This document shows, one piece after another, positions 1 through 9,819 of a stretch of 64,000 bases of DNA. The DNA comes from Minisyncoccota bacterium (lineage in GTDB: Bacteria; Patescibacteriota; Minisyncoccia; UBA6257; GWB1-50-10): positions 222,905-286,904 of the forward strand of contig JAYRXE010000037.1 of the NCBI GenBank assembly GCA_041917695.1. The letters are read 5' to 3'. Below the pieces are notes generated by a model, which saw nothing but the letters and a program-made list of their open reading frames with translations, ran no database searches and was not told the origin of the DNA. A program made the position numbers and the translations under genes. Each line of letters starts with the position of its first letter. Positions within the stretch are counted from its first letter, which is position 1.

Positions 1-1225
1 CTTGCGAACAGATGGTCGCTACCGCGGATCCGTTGATGCCGTAGCGGGGGATGAGGATGAGATCCAGGACGACGTTGATGATCGCTCCCGCCGCCGTGGT
101 ATACACGAGCTTGCGCTGCATGTTGTACGAAAAAAGCGCGTTCCCAATCACCGTGCCTGGATAGACGAACAGTACGGTTGTAAGCAGAAGTTGGAAGCAA
201 AGCGTCGCTTCAAGATATTCGCTTCCGAAGAAAAGCTGCATGAGCTGGGGGCCGAGCAAAATGCCTCCGACGGTAATCGGGAGGGCAACCAAGAGGACGC
301 TTACCGAGGCGTATTCAATGATTTTCTTCGAGCTTTCATCATCCTTTCCCGCAAATCGCGAAAGAAGGGGGAAAACGCTCGTCGCGATAAGCCCCGGAAG
401 GACGTAGAGGAGCTGCGCCGGCCGCTGCGCCGCCGCGTAGAGGCCGAGATCGCGCGCCCCGGTGAAGAAACCGAGGATGACCGTGTCGATGTTTATCATG
501 AGCGCGCCGAACACGCCCGCCATGGCAAACGGGAGCGAGCCGGCAAGTATTTGCTTCACGTCGGAAACGCGGGGCCGCGCCATAAGATCGCGAAGGTAAT
601 TCCGGATGACAAGATAGGTGAGTACCGTGCCGATCGCCGAGCCCGCAACGTAGGCCGCCGAAAGCACGAACGGCGAAGGATTCGGGATGAAGAAGATGAG
701 TGCTAGTGAGGCGATGGCGACTTCGGTAACGAATATGAAGATGCCCTCGATTTCCATTTTGTTCCGCGCCCGGGAAAAACCGAACGCGAAGAGGCGCATG
801 GTATCGAAAAAGACGAGCATGGCGGCAAGCGGAATGAGCGCCTCCACGCCTTCCACTTTCACGAAGAGGGTTTGCGCGCCGACGGTGAGGCCGAAGGTGA
901 CGACCGCCATTACTACTTTCACGATGATTGCGGTCGAAACGAGGGAAGAGCGCTTTTCGGCGTCGCGGGAAATCTCGCGGGTAAGATAGCCCGTGATGCC
1001 GACGTCGGAGAGCAGGCTCAAAAATGCCGCGAAACTCATCGCATACGAAAAGACGCCGTATCCTTCGACGCCGAGCATGCGCGCCGCAAGGATGACGAGG
1101 CCGGCGCGTATCACCCGCGTCACCAGAGTGGCTCCTGAAAGCCACACGGCATTTTTTACGATGGTCTGTTTGACGTGGCGGTTTTCAAAAAGGAAGCCCT
1201 TTATCCGCCGGAAGGCATTACTCAT
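1..1225 (-). CDS. Wzx-type oligosaccharide flippase (3' end runs off window)
   Basis: Not in the ORF track as such; manual minus-strand translation from ATG 1225 gives MSNAFRRIKGFLFENRHVKQTIVKNAVWLSGATLVTRVIRAGLVILAARMLGVEGYGVFSYAMSF, the typical flippase N-terminus (KN..WL...ARxLGxExYG). Start overlaps the stop of the upstream sugar transferase. Confidence 0.85.
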   Translation of the reverse strand, partial: MSNAFRRIKGFLFENRHVKQTIVKNAVWLSGATLVTRVIRAGLVILAARMLGVEGYGVFSYAMSFAAFLSLLSDVGITGYLTREISRDAEKRSSLVSTAIIVKVVMAVVTFGLTVGAQTLFVKVEGVEALIPLAAMLVFFDTMRLFAFGFSRARNKMEIEGIFIFVTEVAIASLALIFFIPNPSPFVLSAAYVAGSAIGTVLTYLVIRNYLRDLMARPRVSDVKQILAGSLPFAMAGVFGALMINIDTVILGFFTGARDLGLYAAAQRPAQLLYVLPGLIATSVFPLLSRFAGKDDESSKKIIEYASVSVLLVALPITVGGILLGPQLMQLFFGSEYLEATLCFQLLLTTVLFVYPGTVIGNALFSYNMQRKLVYTTAAGAIINVVLDLILIPRYGINGSAVATICSQ

Positions 1226-2537
1226 GCGAGAAGAAGAAATGCTTCACCGTCCGCATCATGATAAGCGTATCGAAAAAGAAGGAGCGGTTTTTGATGTAAA
1301 AGATATCGTACCGCAACTTTTCGTACGCTTCCTCGACTGAAGCCGACGGTTTGAAATTTATTTGCGCCCAGCCGGTGATGCCGGGAGCGATGGAGTGGCG
1401 CATGTCGTAGTAGGGAAGCGAAGAATATTTTTCGGCGAGTTCCGCGCTCTCGGGACGGGGGCCGGTGAACGAGATGTCCCCGCGAAGGATGTTTACGAGT
1501 TGCGGGATTTCATCAAGGTGAGTGTAACGGAAGACGCGCCCGAGAGGCGTCACGCGGGTATCGTTTTTTTCGGTCCATGCGGGGCCGATTTTGTCTGCAC
1601 CGTCCACCATAGTCCGGAATTTATAGAGAGTGAACTGCTTATTGCGGCGCCCCATGCGGGGTTGCGTGTAAAATATGGGGCCGCGGGACGAGATGGCAAT
1701 GAGGAATGCTACAAGGATGCCGAACGGAAGCAGGACGAAGAAGAGTACGAGACTCACCACAAAATCGAGCGCCCGCTTCACGAGTTCGTAAAACGGCTTT
1801 CGAGTCGAGATGTGATCGATGACCCATTCAGGGTCCACGATTTCGAGCGGGGTCTTCTCAAACACCTCCTCATAAAAATCGATAAGGCTTGCGATGCGGA
1901 CATCGTGGGACATGAGCGGATAGATTGATTTTGAAAAACGGGAGTCCTCGAGAATCTCGCGCGTCGCGACGGCGAGCGTGTTCTCGCGCCGCGCATCGGT
2001 TTTCATCGCAGCGAAATCTTTTTCTTCGGGATTTTCAATCCATTCCTCGATGGCATATCCGATATGAGGGTTCGAACGAAGGTATTCCTCGATGTGCGGA
2101 CGAAGCGGCGAATGGCCGAAAAAGCGGACGCGCAACGCGCCGATTGAAAACGCTTGGAGGAAGAAGAGGCGGAATGCCCCGTCAAGGACGAAAAAGATGA
2201 GACCGGTGACGATAAGGTTCGTCTTCGGCGTCAGCAGGAAAAAGTCGGGGAAGAGGTAGAGCAGAACGATTGAAACAATGCCGCTCGTTGCGAGCGCCTG
2301 GAAGAGCATGCGGAGCATTTTTTTGCGGGTGCTGAACGTCGCGGGGCGGTACAGGTCGAGCAGGTAAAATACGAAGAACCACAGCAAAAAAAGAGCCGAA
2401 AAAGGGTAGAGATGGGTCGAAAGGCGCCCGCTGAGGTCGGCAAAGCCATACCGTGCCACGAGGGCGGCGGCGAGGGCGACATAGAGGAAAATTACGTCGC
2501 CGAGCATGAGAAACAGCCGCTTTATCTTCCAGAGCAT
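1218..2537 (-). CDS. WcaJ/WbaP-type polyprenyl-phosphate sugar phosphotransferase (priming glycosyltransferase)
   Basis: N-terminal TM helices plus C-terminal Bac_transf motifs KRALD, F.LYKFRTM, D.RVTPLGR, LDEIPQL.NIL.GD.S..GPRPE, PGITGWAQIN. Start trimmed to MLWKIKR. Confidence 0.92.
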   Translation of the reverse strand: MLWKIKRLFLMLGDVIFLYVALAAALVARYGFADLSGRLSTHLYPFSALFLLWFFVFYLLDLYRPATFSTRKKMLRMLFQALATSGIVSIVLLYLFPDFFLLTPKTNLIVTGLIFFVLDGAFRLFFLQAFSIGALRVRFFGHSPLRPHIEEYLRSNPHIGYAIEEWIENPEEKDFAAMKTDARRENTLAVATREILEDSRFSKSIYPLMSHDVRIASLIDFYEEVFEKTPLEIVDPEWVIDHISTRKPFYELVKRALDFVVSLVLFFVLLPFGILVAFLIAISSRGPIFYTQPRMGRRNKQFTLYKFRTMVDGADKIGPAWTEKNDTRVTPLGRVFRYTHLDEIPQLVNILRGDISFTGPRPESAELAEKYSSLPYYDMRHSIAPGITGWAQINFKPSASVEEAYEKLRYDIFYIKNRSFFFDTLIMMRTVKHFFFSHE

Positions 2538-2645
2538 GGGATAGATATATTCAACCCTTATCGTAGCAGGAATTTGGCTTCCGTGAAGCGCGCGGATTTT
2601 GTTGCGGTTGCCCGGGGCGGTAGGTATAATGAAAAGAAAAGTCAT

Positions 2646-3383
2646 ATGGAAAACCAACCACCTGTGAAGAAAGAATGGCTCTTGCCAGTAAGTATCGTAA
2701 TCGCCGCGCTCCTTATCGGCGGCGCGATTATTTGGTCGACGGGGAAGAAAGCGGAACTTGCCGCAAATCCCGGAGAAGCGACTGACGCAGAACTCGCCAA
2801 GCTTGCGGAGAAAGTATTGCCCGTTACCGATGCCGACCACATATGGGGCGATCGGAACGCTCCCGTGAAGATTGTCACGTTCACCGATCTTGAATGCCCG
2901 TATTGCCAGCAATTCCACGGCACGATTCGCCAGGCGCTTGCGGAATACGACGGCCGCGTTGCATTCATCTATCGCAACCTGCCGCTTACGATGATTCATC
3001 CCGGAGCGCAAGAAAAGGCTGAAAGCGCGGAATGCGTCGCCGAAATCGGCGGGAATGAGAAGTACTGGGATTTTGTGGGAAAGATTTTCGATATGTCTTC
3101 GGAACAGGCGGTTGACGTGTCAAAGCTTCCTGAGATTGCCGCGGGCGTCGGCGTCGATAAGGCGGCGTTTAGCGCGTGCGTTTCAAGCGGCAAATTCGCC
3201 GATAAAATAGATGCCGAAAGCAAAGAGGCGCAAGAAGCGGGAGGACAGGGAACGCCCTATAGCATCATCATCTCGAAAGAAGGGAAGCGGTACCCTGTTC
3301 CGGGAGCGTATCCGTATGAATCGACCGGTCCCGGCGTGCCGTCCTTTAAGAGCATGATCGAGGATGCTCTTGCGGAAAAATAA
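2646..3383 (+). CDS. Membrane-anchored DsbA/BdbD-like thioredoxin-fold protein
   Basis: N-terminal TM, DHIWGDRNAPVKIVTFTDLECPYC, GTP motif. Confidence 0.9.
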   Translation: MENQPPVKKEWLLPVSIVIAALLIGGAIIWSTGKKAELAANPGEATDAELAKLAEKVLPVTDADHIWGDRNAPVKIVTFTDLECPYCQQFHGTIRQALAEYDGRVAFIYRNLPLTMIHPGAQEKAESAECVAEIGGNEKYWDFVGKIFDMSSEQAVDVSKLPEIAAGVGVDKAAFSACVSSGKFADKIDAESKEAQEAGGQGTPYSIIISKEGKRYPVPGAYPYESTGPGVPSFKSMIEDALAEK

Positions 3384-3396
3384 AGTTCTCTATTTC

Positions 3397-3564
3397 ATGC
3401 GGCCATCCTTTTGGACATTTCTCGGTGTCGGTGCGTGGGTCTTTCTCTCGCCCTGGATACTGGGTTTTTCTTCCATAAACCTCGCCCTGTGGTCGAATCT
3501 TCTTGCTGGCGCGCTTATCGTCGTACTCGCGGTTCGTGCGTTCGGTTTCCCGAAAGGGGAGTAG
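3397..3564 (+). CDS. SPW-repeat small membrane protein
   Basis: GAWVFLSPWILGF...ALWSNLLAG matches the SPW repeat pattern. Confidence 0.75.
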   Translation: MRPSFWTFLGVGAWVFLSPWILGFSSINLALWSNLLAGALIVVLAVRAFGFPKGE

Positions 3565-3567
3565 GAT

Positions 3568-3810
3568 ATGGACCCGGTCATCATCTACACGACGCCGGCG
3601 TGTTTCTATTGCAAGATTGCAAAGGAATTTTTGCGCCGCAACGGAGTCCCGTTTGAGGAACGCGATGTGGACGCAAATCCCGCGTACGTTCATGAGCTTG
3701 AGGAGAAATCCCACCAGCGGGGAGTGCCGGTGATTGAGGTTGGTGACGAGATATTCGTCGGCTTTGACCGGCCGGCAGTCGCCCGCGCGTTAGGTATCGA
3801 GAACGGATAA
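3568..3810 (+). CDS. Glutaredoxin-like (NrdH-redoxin/YruB family) protein
   Basis: YTTPACFYC, GVPVI, VGFD motifs; 80 aa. Confidence 0.9.
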   Translation: MDPVIIYTTPACFYCKIAKEFLRRNGVPFEERDVDANPAYVHELEEKSHQRGVPVIEVGDEIFVGFDRPAVARALGIENG

Positions 3811-3860
3811 TTTTTTACGAAACCTTTCCCGCGGCGGGAAATTGTTAAATAATTCAATTC

Positions 3861-4793
3861 ATGCTTTATGACGTGGTCATTATTGGTGGCGGTCCGGCCG
3901 GAGTATCTGCTGGGGTGTATGCCGCGCGGAAAAAATTAAAGACGGTAGTAGTGACGGACGTTTTCGGCGGGCAATCCGTGGTTTCAAACGACATCCAAAA
4001 CTTCATCGGCACGCCGTCCATTTCCGGCTTTGAATTGGCGCAAAAACTCGAGGGGCATCTGCGCGCGCAGGAAGACGTCCGTATCGTCCTTGGCGACAAG
4101 GTTTCGAAAATCGAAAAAAAGAAAAACGAGAATGGGGCGCTTTCGTTTGCAATAACGACCGAGCGCGGAGAAACCTTCGATGCGCGCGCGGTGCTTATCA
4201 CCGCCGGTTCGAATCGGCGCCGTTTGGACGTGCCGGGAGAACGGGAACTCGACGGGAAGGGCGTTGCCTATTGCGCGACCTGTGATGCCCCGCTTTTTCG
4301 CGGCAAGCGGGTCGCTGTTGTCGGCGGAGGAAACTCCGCGCTTGAAGGCGCGCGGGATCTTATCCCGTACGCATCGGAAATATATCTTTTCGTGCGAAGC
4401 GCCTTGAAAGGCGACCCCGTGACGCAGGAAAAGGTTTTAAGCGATGCGAAGGTGCATCTCGTTTGTCCCGCTGAGATTGTTGAAATACGCGGAAGCGAAG
4501 CAGTGGAAAGCGTCCGTTACCGTTTGAGGGATTCCGGTGAGGAACGCGATCTTCCGCTCGACGGCATATTCATCGAAATCGGTTGGACGGCCAATGCAGG
4601 CATTGCGGAGGGGCTCGTCGAATTGAACGCCGGCGGAGAAATCGTCGTCGACCATAAGACCCAGCGCACTTCAGCCGAAGGCATTTGGGCCGCGGGGGAC
4701 GTGACCGACGCGCTCTATAAGCAGAACAACACGTCCATGGGGGACGCCATCAAGGCGGTTTTGAACATCAACGACCATCTGCACGCGTCGTAA
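3861..4793 (+). CDS. trxB: Thioredoxin reductase / AhpF-like FAD-dependent disulfide reductase
   Basis: GGGPAG, CATCD redox pair, VVGGGNSA, WAAGDVT. Confidence 0.9.
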   Translation: MLYDVVIIGGGPAGVSAGVYAARKKLKTVVVTDVFGGQSVVSNDIQNFIGTPSISGFELAQKLEGHLRAQEDVRIVLGDKVSKIEKKKNENGALSFAITTERGETFDARAVLITAGSNRRRLDVPGERELDGKGVAYCATCDAPLFRGKRVAVVGGGNSALEGARDLIPYASEIYLFVRSALKGDPVTQEKVLSDAKVHLVCPAEIVEIRGSEAVESVRYRLRDSGEERDLPLDGIFIEIGWTANAGIAEGLVELNAGGEIVVDHKTQRTSAEGIWAAGDVTDALYKQNNTSMGDAIKAVLNINDHLHAS

Positions 4794-4830
4794 CGTTTTC
4801 CCGCGCCTGGAGTTTGGTATACTTAATGTA

Positions 4831-7434
4831 ATGAAGCGTTTTGCGAACACCTCATTTTTCGTTGCAGGCGCCGTCTTGCTTTTGCTCGCGCTTTTTTCAG
4901 TGGCTGCGGCGCAATCGCTCCAGCGCATCAACTTCGTTCCGCAAACCTCCGACCCGGTCACCTGCAATTCGACCTCGACGCGGGGCAGTATTTATTTCTC
5001 TTCTTCAACCGGCGAGATCAAGGTGTGTAACGGCACCTGGAGTTCGGTGGGTACGGGAAACGGCGCGAATTATTTTACCCTTTCGGGTACGTCGCTTTAT
5101 CCGACCTCGACTTCGTACAATATTGGCATCGGCACGACTACGCCCGCCTACAACCTTACCGTCGTAGGGACCGGGTACTTTTCCCAGCCCGTTTCGGTCG
5201 GCACGCCGGTCGCGGCTTCCGATGCGGCGACGAAAACCTACGTTGACACGGCGGTAGCCGCCGCGGGAGGGTACTGGACCTTAAACGGCACGTCGCTCTA
5301 TCCAACATCGACCTCGTATAAGCTCGGGGTCGGTACGAGCACGCCTGCACATCCGTTCGTGGTAGCTCCTGCTGGCACGAATGCCGCCTTGCTTGTGAAC
5401 TCAAACGGTCAAATCGTGGCAGGGGCAAATGCGCATCTCAATTCAACATCAACCGCTTTTGCAATCGTGAACGCATCTTCAACGGCGACAGCCCTTACGA
5501 TTTACCAGCAGACCCCTTCAGGCAACCAAGACATATTAACCGTTTGCCGTGGAGCCGTTACCGCGAACTGTCAGCAACGTATTTTCTACATCAATCAATA
5601 CGGGGAACTCCGCCTTGGCCAGACGAATGCGACTGGTCAGCTTACCATTGATGCAAACGGCAACTTTACGCAGATTATAAGCTTAGTGAATAGCCACGCG
5701 TCGGGCGCAACACTTTTATCTGTGGGTGGAGCACAGGGAGGTACTCTTCGCTTACAGTCGAGCGTCCCTGCAGACATTACGCAAACGCCCGCCTTTTCAG
5801 TGTCTGGATCTATCGGGCCAAAATCCGTATTAGCATTCAATGTTGGCGGTACGGGGTCATATCCCTTGTTGATGCAGCCGGTGGGCGGATATGGGTATAC
5901 CAATCCATACAAGGCAACCAGTTTTTACGGCCCCTCAAACATTAATGTCGCGGGCGGGGGAGGCACGAATCCTTCCGCGAATGCGCTTACGGTGGAGAAT
6001 GGTAATGTTGTCATTTATAACGCGAATTCATGGGGTGGCGGCGCCGGAAGCGAATTGCTCGATGAGTCGGCGGGGCCGACCACTACGAAATGGTCGCGGT
6101 CGGGGAACTTTACGTTGCCCGGCACAACCGCTGTTTTTTCCGGAGCGGGCACCGGTTACATCACGCAGACCACGGGAAATATGTTGGGAAGCGTGAAACC
6201 GAATACGCAATATCAACTGAGCTATACCATTACTGGTGCATCTGGTTCTTGCTCGACATTTATCAACGATCCTACGCAAGCAGCGACCACGACCGCTCCT
6301 GCTTCGATTCAATCGCATGACACCAGCTGGCGCCGTTTCGGCTCAACAAACTATTCGACTATTACGAATGGAACGCATTACTTCTTCTTCCGATCTGCAG
6401 AGGGTGGATTGCCCGCGAATTTCTCCTTGGGAGGCTTTTGTAGTTCTGGAGGTTTCACTATTACCGCCATTTCGCTGAAGGAAGCGCGTGGCGGCAATCT
6501 CTACTTCGGCGCTGGAGGCGGAGTTCAGATTGGAACCTCCACACTTGGGCAATCAGGCATCACTGTGTACGGCTCTTCAACTACCGCGACTGATTGGTCC
6601 ATTCACACGTTCAAATCCGACGGTACGTCGACGTTTGTGATTAGAAACGACGGGAACGTCGGCATCGCGTCCTCTTCGCCGGGGTATGCGCTTACTGTAA
6701 ATGGCACGGGATATTTTTCGCAACCGGTTACCGTTGGTACCCCCACATCCGCAAACCATGCAGCGACGAAAGCCTATGTCGATTCGGCGGGAGGGGGCGC
6801 GTGGGTGTCGACTTTGGGGATGCTCTATCCATCATCGACTTCTTGGAGCGTGGGTATTGCGACCACCACTTTTGCGACGTCGACTTATAAACTTGCCGTA
6901 GCAGGGGACGTGCTCTTAGGTGACGGGTCGGGCACGGATTTGGTCGTAGGCCCCACGGGCGCAGGCAAAATCGATGCGGGCGAAATCGACCCGGTATATA
7001 CGATTGGCGGGAAGCGATACGCCACGTATCTTCCGGCCATGACGGGTTTGAAGGAAGAGACGACCGGTACGCTCATGCTCCGCAAAAACGGCGACGCTTA
7101 TTCGAATACGATTGATTTCAAGAAAGCAAAAGAGGGAAGTGACACGTGGCTTTTCTCGCGCGTGACGAACCTTTCGCGCAACTTCGATTCGCTTGTCGCG
7201 CTGCTTACGCCGAATTTCAAGGGAAGCGTGTGGTATGAGAAGGATGAGGCGAATCTCACGCTTACCGTTTACGGCACGAACCCGGGTGAAGTGAGCTACC
7301 GCCTTACGGCACGGCGCTTTGATTGGGAATCATGGCCACAAAACAATGCGGTCGAAGGCGACCATGAAGGCTATAATCTCGATAAGCTTATCTTCTCCGA
7401 CGGCAGGGTGGATTTGGGCTCGCTTATCCGATAA
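4831..7434 (+). CDS. Large secreted Ser/Thr/Gly-rich tail-fibre-like repeat protein (fibre 1)
   Basis: Signal peptide; repeats LYPTSTSY..GIGTTTP, GNVGI, YFSQPV.VGTP...AATK.YVD; C-terminal domain shared with 9820..12078. Confidence 0.75.
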   Translation: MKRFANTSFFVAGAVLLLLALFSVAAAQSLQRINFVPQTSDPVTCNSTSTRGSIYFSSSTGEIKVCNGTWSSVGTGNGANYFTLSGTSLYPTSTSYNIGIGTTTPAYNLTVVGTGYFSQPVSVGTPVAASDAATKTYVDTAVAAAGGYWTLNGTSLYPTSTSYKLGVGTSTPAHPFVVAPAGTNAALLVNSNGQIVAGANAHLNSTSTAFAIVNASSTATALTIYQQTPSGNQDILTVCRGAVTANCQQRIFYINQYGELRLGQTNATGQLTIDANGNFTQIISLVNSHASGATLLSVGGAQGGTLRLQSSVPADITQTPAFSVSGSIGPKSVLAFNVGGTGSYPLLMQPVGGYGYTNPYKATSFYGPSNINVAGGGGTNPSANALTVENGNVVIYNANSWGGGAGSELLDESAGPTTTKWSRSGNFTLPGTTAVFSGAGTGYITQTTGNMLGSVKPNTQYQLSYTITGASGSCSTFINDPTQAATTTAPASIQSHDTSWRRFGSTNYSTITNGTHYFFFRSAEGGLPANFSLGGFCSSGGFTITAISLKEARGGNLYFGAGGGVQIGTSTLGQSGITVYGSSTTATDWSIHTFKSDGTSTFVIRNDGNVGIASSSPGYALTVNGTGYFSQPVTVGTPTSANHAATKAYVDSAGGGAWVSTLGMLYPSSTSWSVGIATTTFATSTYKLAVAGDVLLGDGSGTDLVVGPTGAGKIDAGEIDPVYTIGGKRYATYLPAMTGLKEETTGTLMLRKNGDAYSNTIDFKKAKEGSDTWLFSRVTNLSRNFDSLVALLTPNFKGSVWYEKDEANLTLTVYGTNPGEVSYRLTARRFDWESWPQNNAVEGDHEGYNLDKLIFSDGRVDLGSLIR

Positions 7435-7451
7435 AATAGGCTTTTGAAGAT

Positions 7452-7484
7452 GCGCCGGAAGCGCTCTTCCGGCGCTTTTCTTTT
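7452..7484 (+). terminator. Intrinsic terminator-like hairpin after fibre 1
   Basis: GCGCCGGAAG-CGCT-CTTCCGGCGC followed by TTTTCTTTT. Confidence 0.65.
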
Positions 7485-7492
7485 CCGAACAT

Positions 7493-9235
7493 ATGAAACT
7501 GCTTTTCAACTATCTCACGCAATACAAAAAATTCGTTTTCCTCGTGTTGGGGCTCACTGCCGTAAACCAGATTTTTTCGATGCTGGACCCGTTTATTTTT
7601 CGGTACATCATCGACAACTATGCCACGAAATTCGCCGAGTACTCGACGGCGGAATTCCTGCGGGGCGTTATCGGCCTCGCGGCGCTTGCGGTCCTCGCCG
7701 CCCTTGTTTCGCGCATCGCGAAAAATTTCCAGGATTATTATTTGAACGTCATCACCCAGCGGTTAGGCGCGCAGATGTATGCGGACGGCGTGCGGCACAC
7801 GCTCGCATTGCCCTTTGCCGAGTTTGAAGACGCGCGGAGCGGAGAGACGCTTGGCGTGCTCCAAAAGGCGCGCGCAGATGTGGAACGCCTCATAAGCCTT
7901 TTTGTGAACAACCTTTTTATGACGCTCGTCGGCATCGTTTTCGTAACGTTTTATGCATTCTCCGTACATTGGCTCGTCGCGCCTATATATCTCCTGATGA
8001 TTCCGCTTATCGCCGGCGTGAGCCTTTTCATGAGCCGGCGCATCAAGGCCGTGCAGAAATCAGTCGTCGCCGAGACGACGGCGCTTGCCGGTTCAACCAC
8101 GGAATCCCTGCGGAATATCGAGCTCGTGCGTTCTTTGGGGCTTTCCGAGCAGGAGATCTCGCGGCTCAATTCGACGACGGAGAAGATCCTGGGGCTGGAA
8201 TTGAAGAAGGTGAAATACGTGCGCCGTTTAAGCTTCATCCAGGGAACCATCGTAAACACCATCCGCACCGGCCTCATGATCTTCATGATGTACCTCATCT
8301 TCACCCAGCAGATTACGGTGGGACAGTTTTTCACGCTCTTTATCTATTCGTTTTTCATTTTCGGTCCCATGCAGGATTTGGGGAACCTCATCAATATCTA
8401 CCGCGAAACAGAAGTTTCACTCGATAATTTTAAGCATTTACTTGAGAAAGAGACGGAAAGGACCCCGGCGGCTCCCGCCGAGGTCGGCGAGATTCAGAGC
8501 CTTTCCTTTGCCGGCGTTTCTTTCAAGCATCGGACGGCGAAGGAGTCGGCGGTGAAGGAGGTTTCCTTCGAAGCGAAGGCGGGAGAGACGGTCGCCTTTG
8601 CGGGACCCTCGGGATCGGGAAAGACGACCATCGTAAAACTCCTCGTGGGACTCTACGAACCCGCCGGGGGGCGCGTCCTTTATAACGGCATTGATTTTGC
8701 GACGCTCGACCGGCAGAGGGTGCGCGAGAAGATCGGTTTTGTCACCCAGGACACCCAGCTTTTTTCCGGGACCATCCGCGATAATTTGAAATTCGTAAAC
8801 CCTTCCGCGACCGATAGCGAGTGTCTGAAGGTGCTCCAGGAGGCGCAATGCGAGAACCTGCTCGCCCGCGGCGGAGAAGGCCTGAATACGCGCGTCGGCG
8901 AAGGCGGCATGAAGCTTTCAGGAGGCGAGCGCCAGCGCCTTTCCATCGCCCGCGCGCTTCTCCGGAAGCCCGCCGTGCTCGTATTCGACGAGGCAACGTC
9001 CGCGCTTGATTCGCTGACTGAAGAGGAAATCGGGAAGACGGTGCGGAAGATCAGCGCGTCGGGAAAGCACATTACGGTCATGATCGCGCACCGCCTTTCG
9101 ACCATCATGCATGCCGATCGCATTTACGTGCTTGAGAAGGGGGAAATTGTCGAAGCCGGCTCCCACGAGAAGCTTTTGAAGAAAAAAGGCTTGTATTACG
9201 CCATGTGGCGCGAACAGATCGGCGAGCGCGAATGA
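7493..9235 (+). CDS. ABC exporter, fused TMD + NBD (MsbA/ABCB-like)
   Basis: Multi-TM N-domain; Walker A GPSGSGKT, signature LSGGERQR, Walker B LVFDEATS, H-loop IAHRLST. Confidence 0.93.
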   Translation: MKLLFNYLTQYKKFVFLVLGLTAVNQIFSMLDPFIFRYIIDNYATKFAEYSTAEFLRGVIGLAALAVLAALVSRIAKNFQDYYLNVITQRLGAQMYADGVRHTLALPFAEFEDARSGETLGVLQKARADVERLISLFVNNLFMTLVGIVFVTFYAFSVHWLVAPIYLLMIPLIAGVSLFMSRRIKAVQKSVVAETTALAGSTTESLRNIELVRSLGLSEQEISRLNSTTEKILGLELKKVKYVRRLSFIQGTIVNTIRTGLMIFMMYLIFTQQITVGQFFTLFIYSFFIFGPMQDLGNLINIYRETEVSLDNFKHLLEKETERTPAAPAEVGEIQSLSFAGVSFKHRTAKESAVKEVSFEAKAGETVAFAGPSGSGKTTIVKLLVGLYEPAGGRVLYNGIDFATLDRQRVREKIGFVTQDTQLFSGTIRDNLKFVNPSATDSECLKVLQEAQCENLLARGGEGLNTRVGEGGMKLSGGERQRLSIARALLRKPAVLVFDEATSALDSLTEEEIGKTVRKISASGKHITVMIAHRLSTIMHADRIYVLEKGEIVEAGSHEKLLKKKGLYYAMWREQIGERE

Positions 9236-9248
9236 TATAATGGAATCA

Positions 9249-9779
9249 ATGGACCGCCGTGAACGTATTGTCGTCATTGCCGCGTTATGCGTCTTTCTCG
9301 CCATCATCGCGTTCGGTATTTACTACAAAATGTGGGGGGGCAAGCCCTATACGGGGCCGCTTGAGGAAAACCAATTCACGAATGAGCTTACGCCGAACGA
9401 ACTGCTGAATCTCCAGGAAAACAAATTCACGCCTGAAGTGCCGAAGAACGCGACGGAGACAACTCCGCAGGCCGAAGCTCCCGCCGCGCCGAATGTCTCG
9501 GCCAAACTCGGTTTTTACGATATCGATATGTCGAAAGACGGCTTTTCGCCCTCGTCCGTCGCGGTGAAACGGGGGAATTTGGTGAAGCTCCGCGTGACGG
9601 CCGTAGACGGCGATTACGATTTCGTGATTCCGTATCTTGAAATGTCGGTCTCGATAAAGAAAGGGGAGACGCGCCAGGTTTCGTTCCAGGCGGACGCGGA
9701 AGGCACGTTTCTCTTCGAATGTTCGACAGCGTGCCCAAGCAATAAGAAGATAAGCGGCATGCTGGTCATGATTCCCTGA
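9249..9779 (+). CDS. Membrane-anchored cupredoxin-fold protein lacking most Cu ligands
   Basis: FSPSSVAVKRG..VKL, G.F.FECSTAC, G.L.V pattern; TM at N-terminus. Start moved to ATG 9249, 7 nt after TATAAT. Confidence 0.75.
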   Translation: MDRRERIVVIAALCVFLAIIAFGIYYKMWGGKPYTGPLEENQFTNELTPNELLNLQENKFTPEVPKNATETTPQAEAPAAPNVSAKLGFYDIDMSKDGFSPSSVAVKRGNLVKLRVTAVDGDYDFVIPYLEMSVSIKKGETRQVSFQADAEGTFLFECSTACPSNKKISGMLVMIP

Positions 9780-9819
9780 TTTTCCCGCTTCTTTTCTGTT
9801 ATAATTTTATAGATAGCAC

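Noticed and set aside
2-1145. Track ORFs 2..706 (+) and 339..1145 (-)
   Set aside because: Shadow frames of the real minus-strand flippase starting at 1225.
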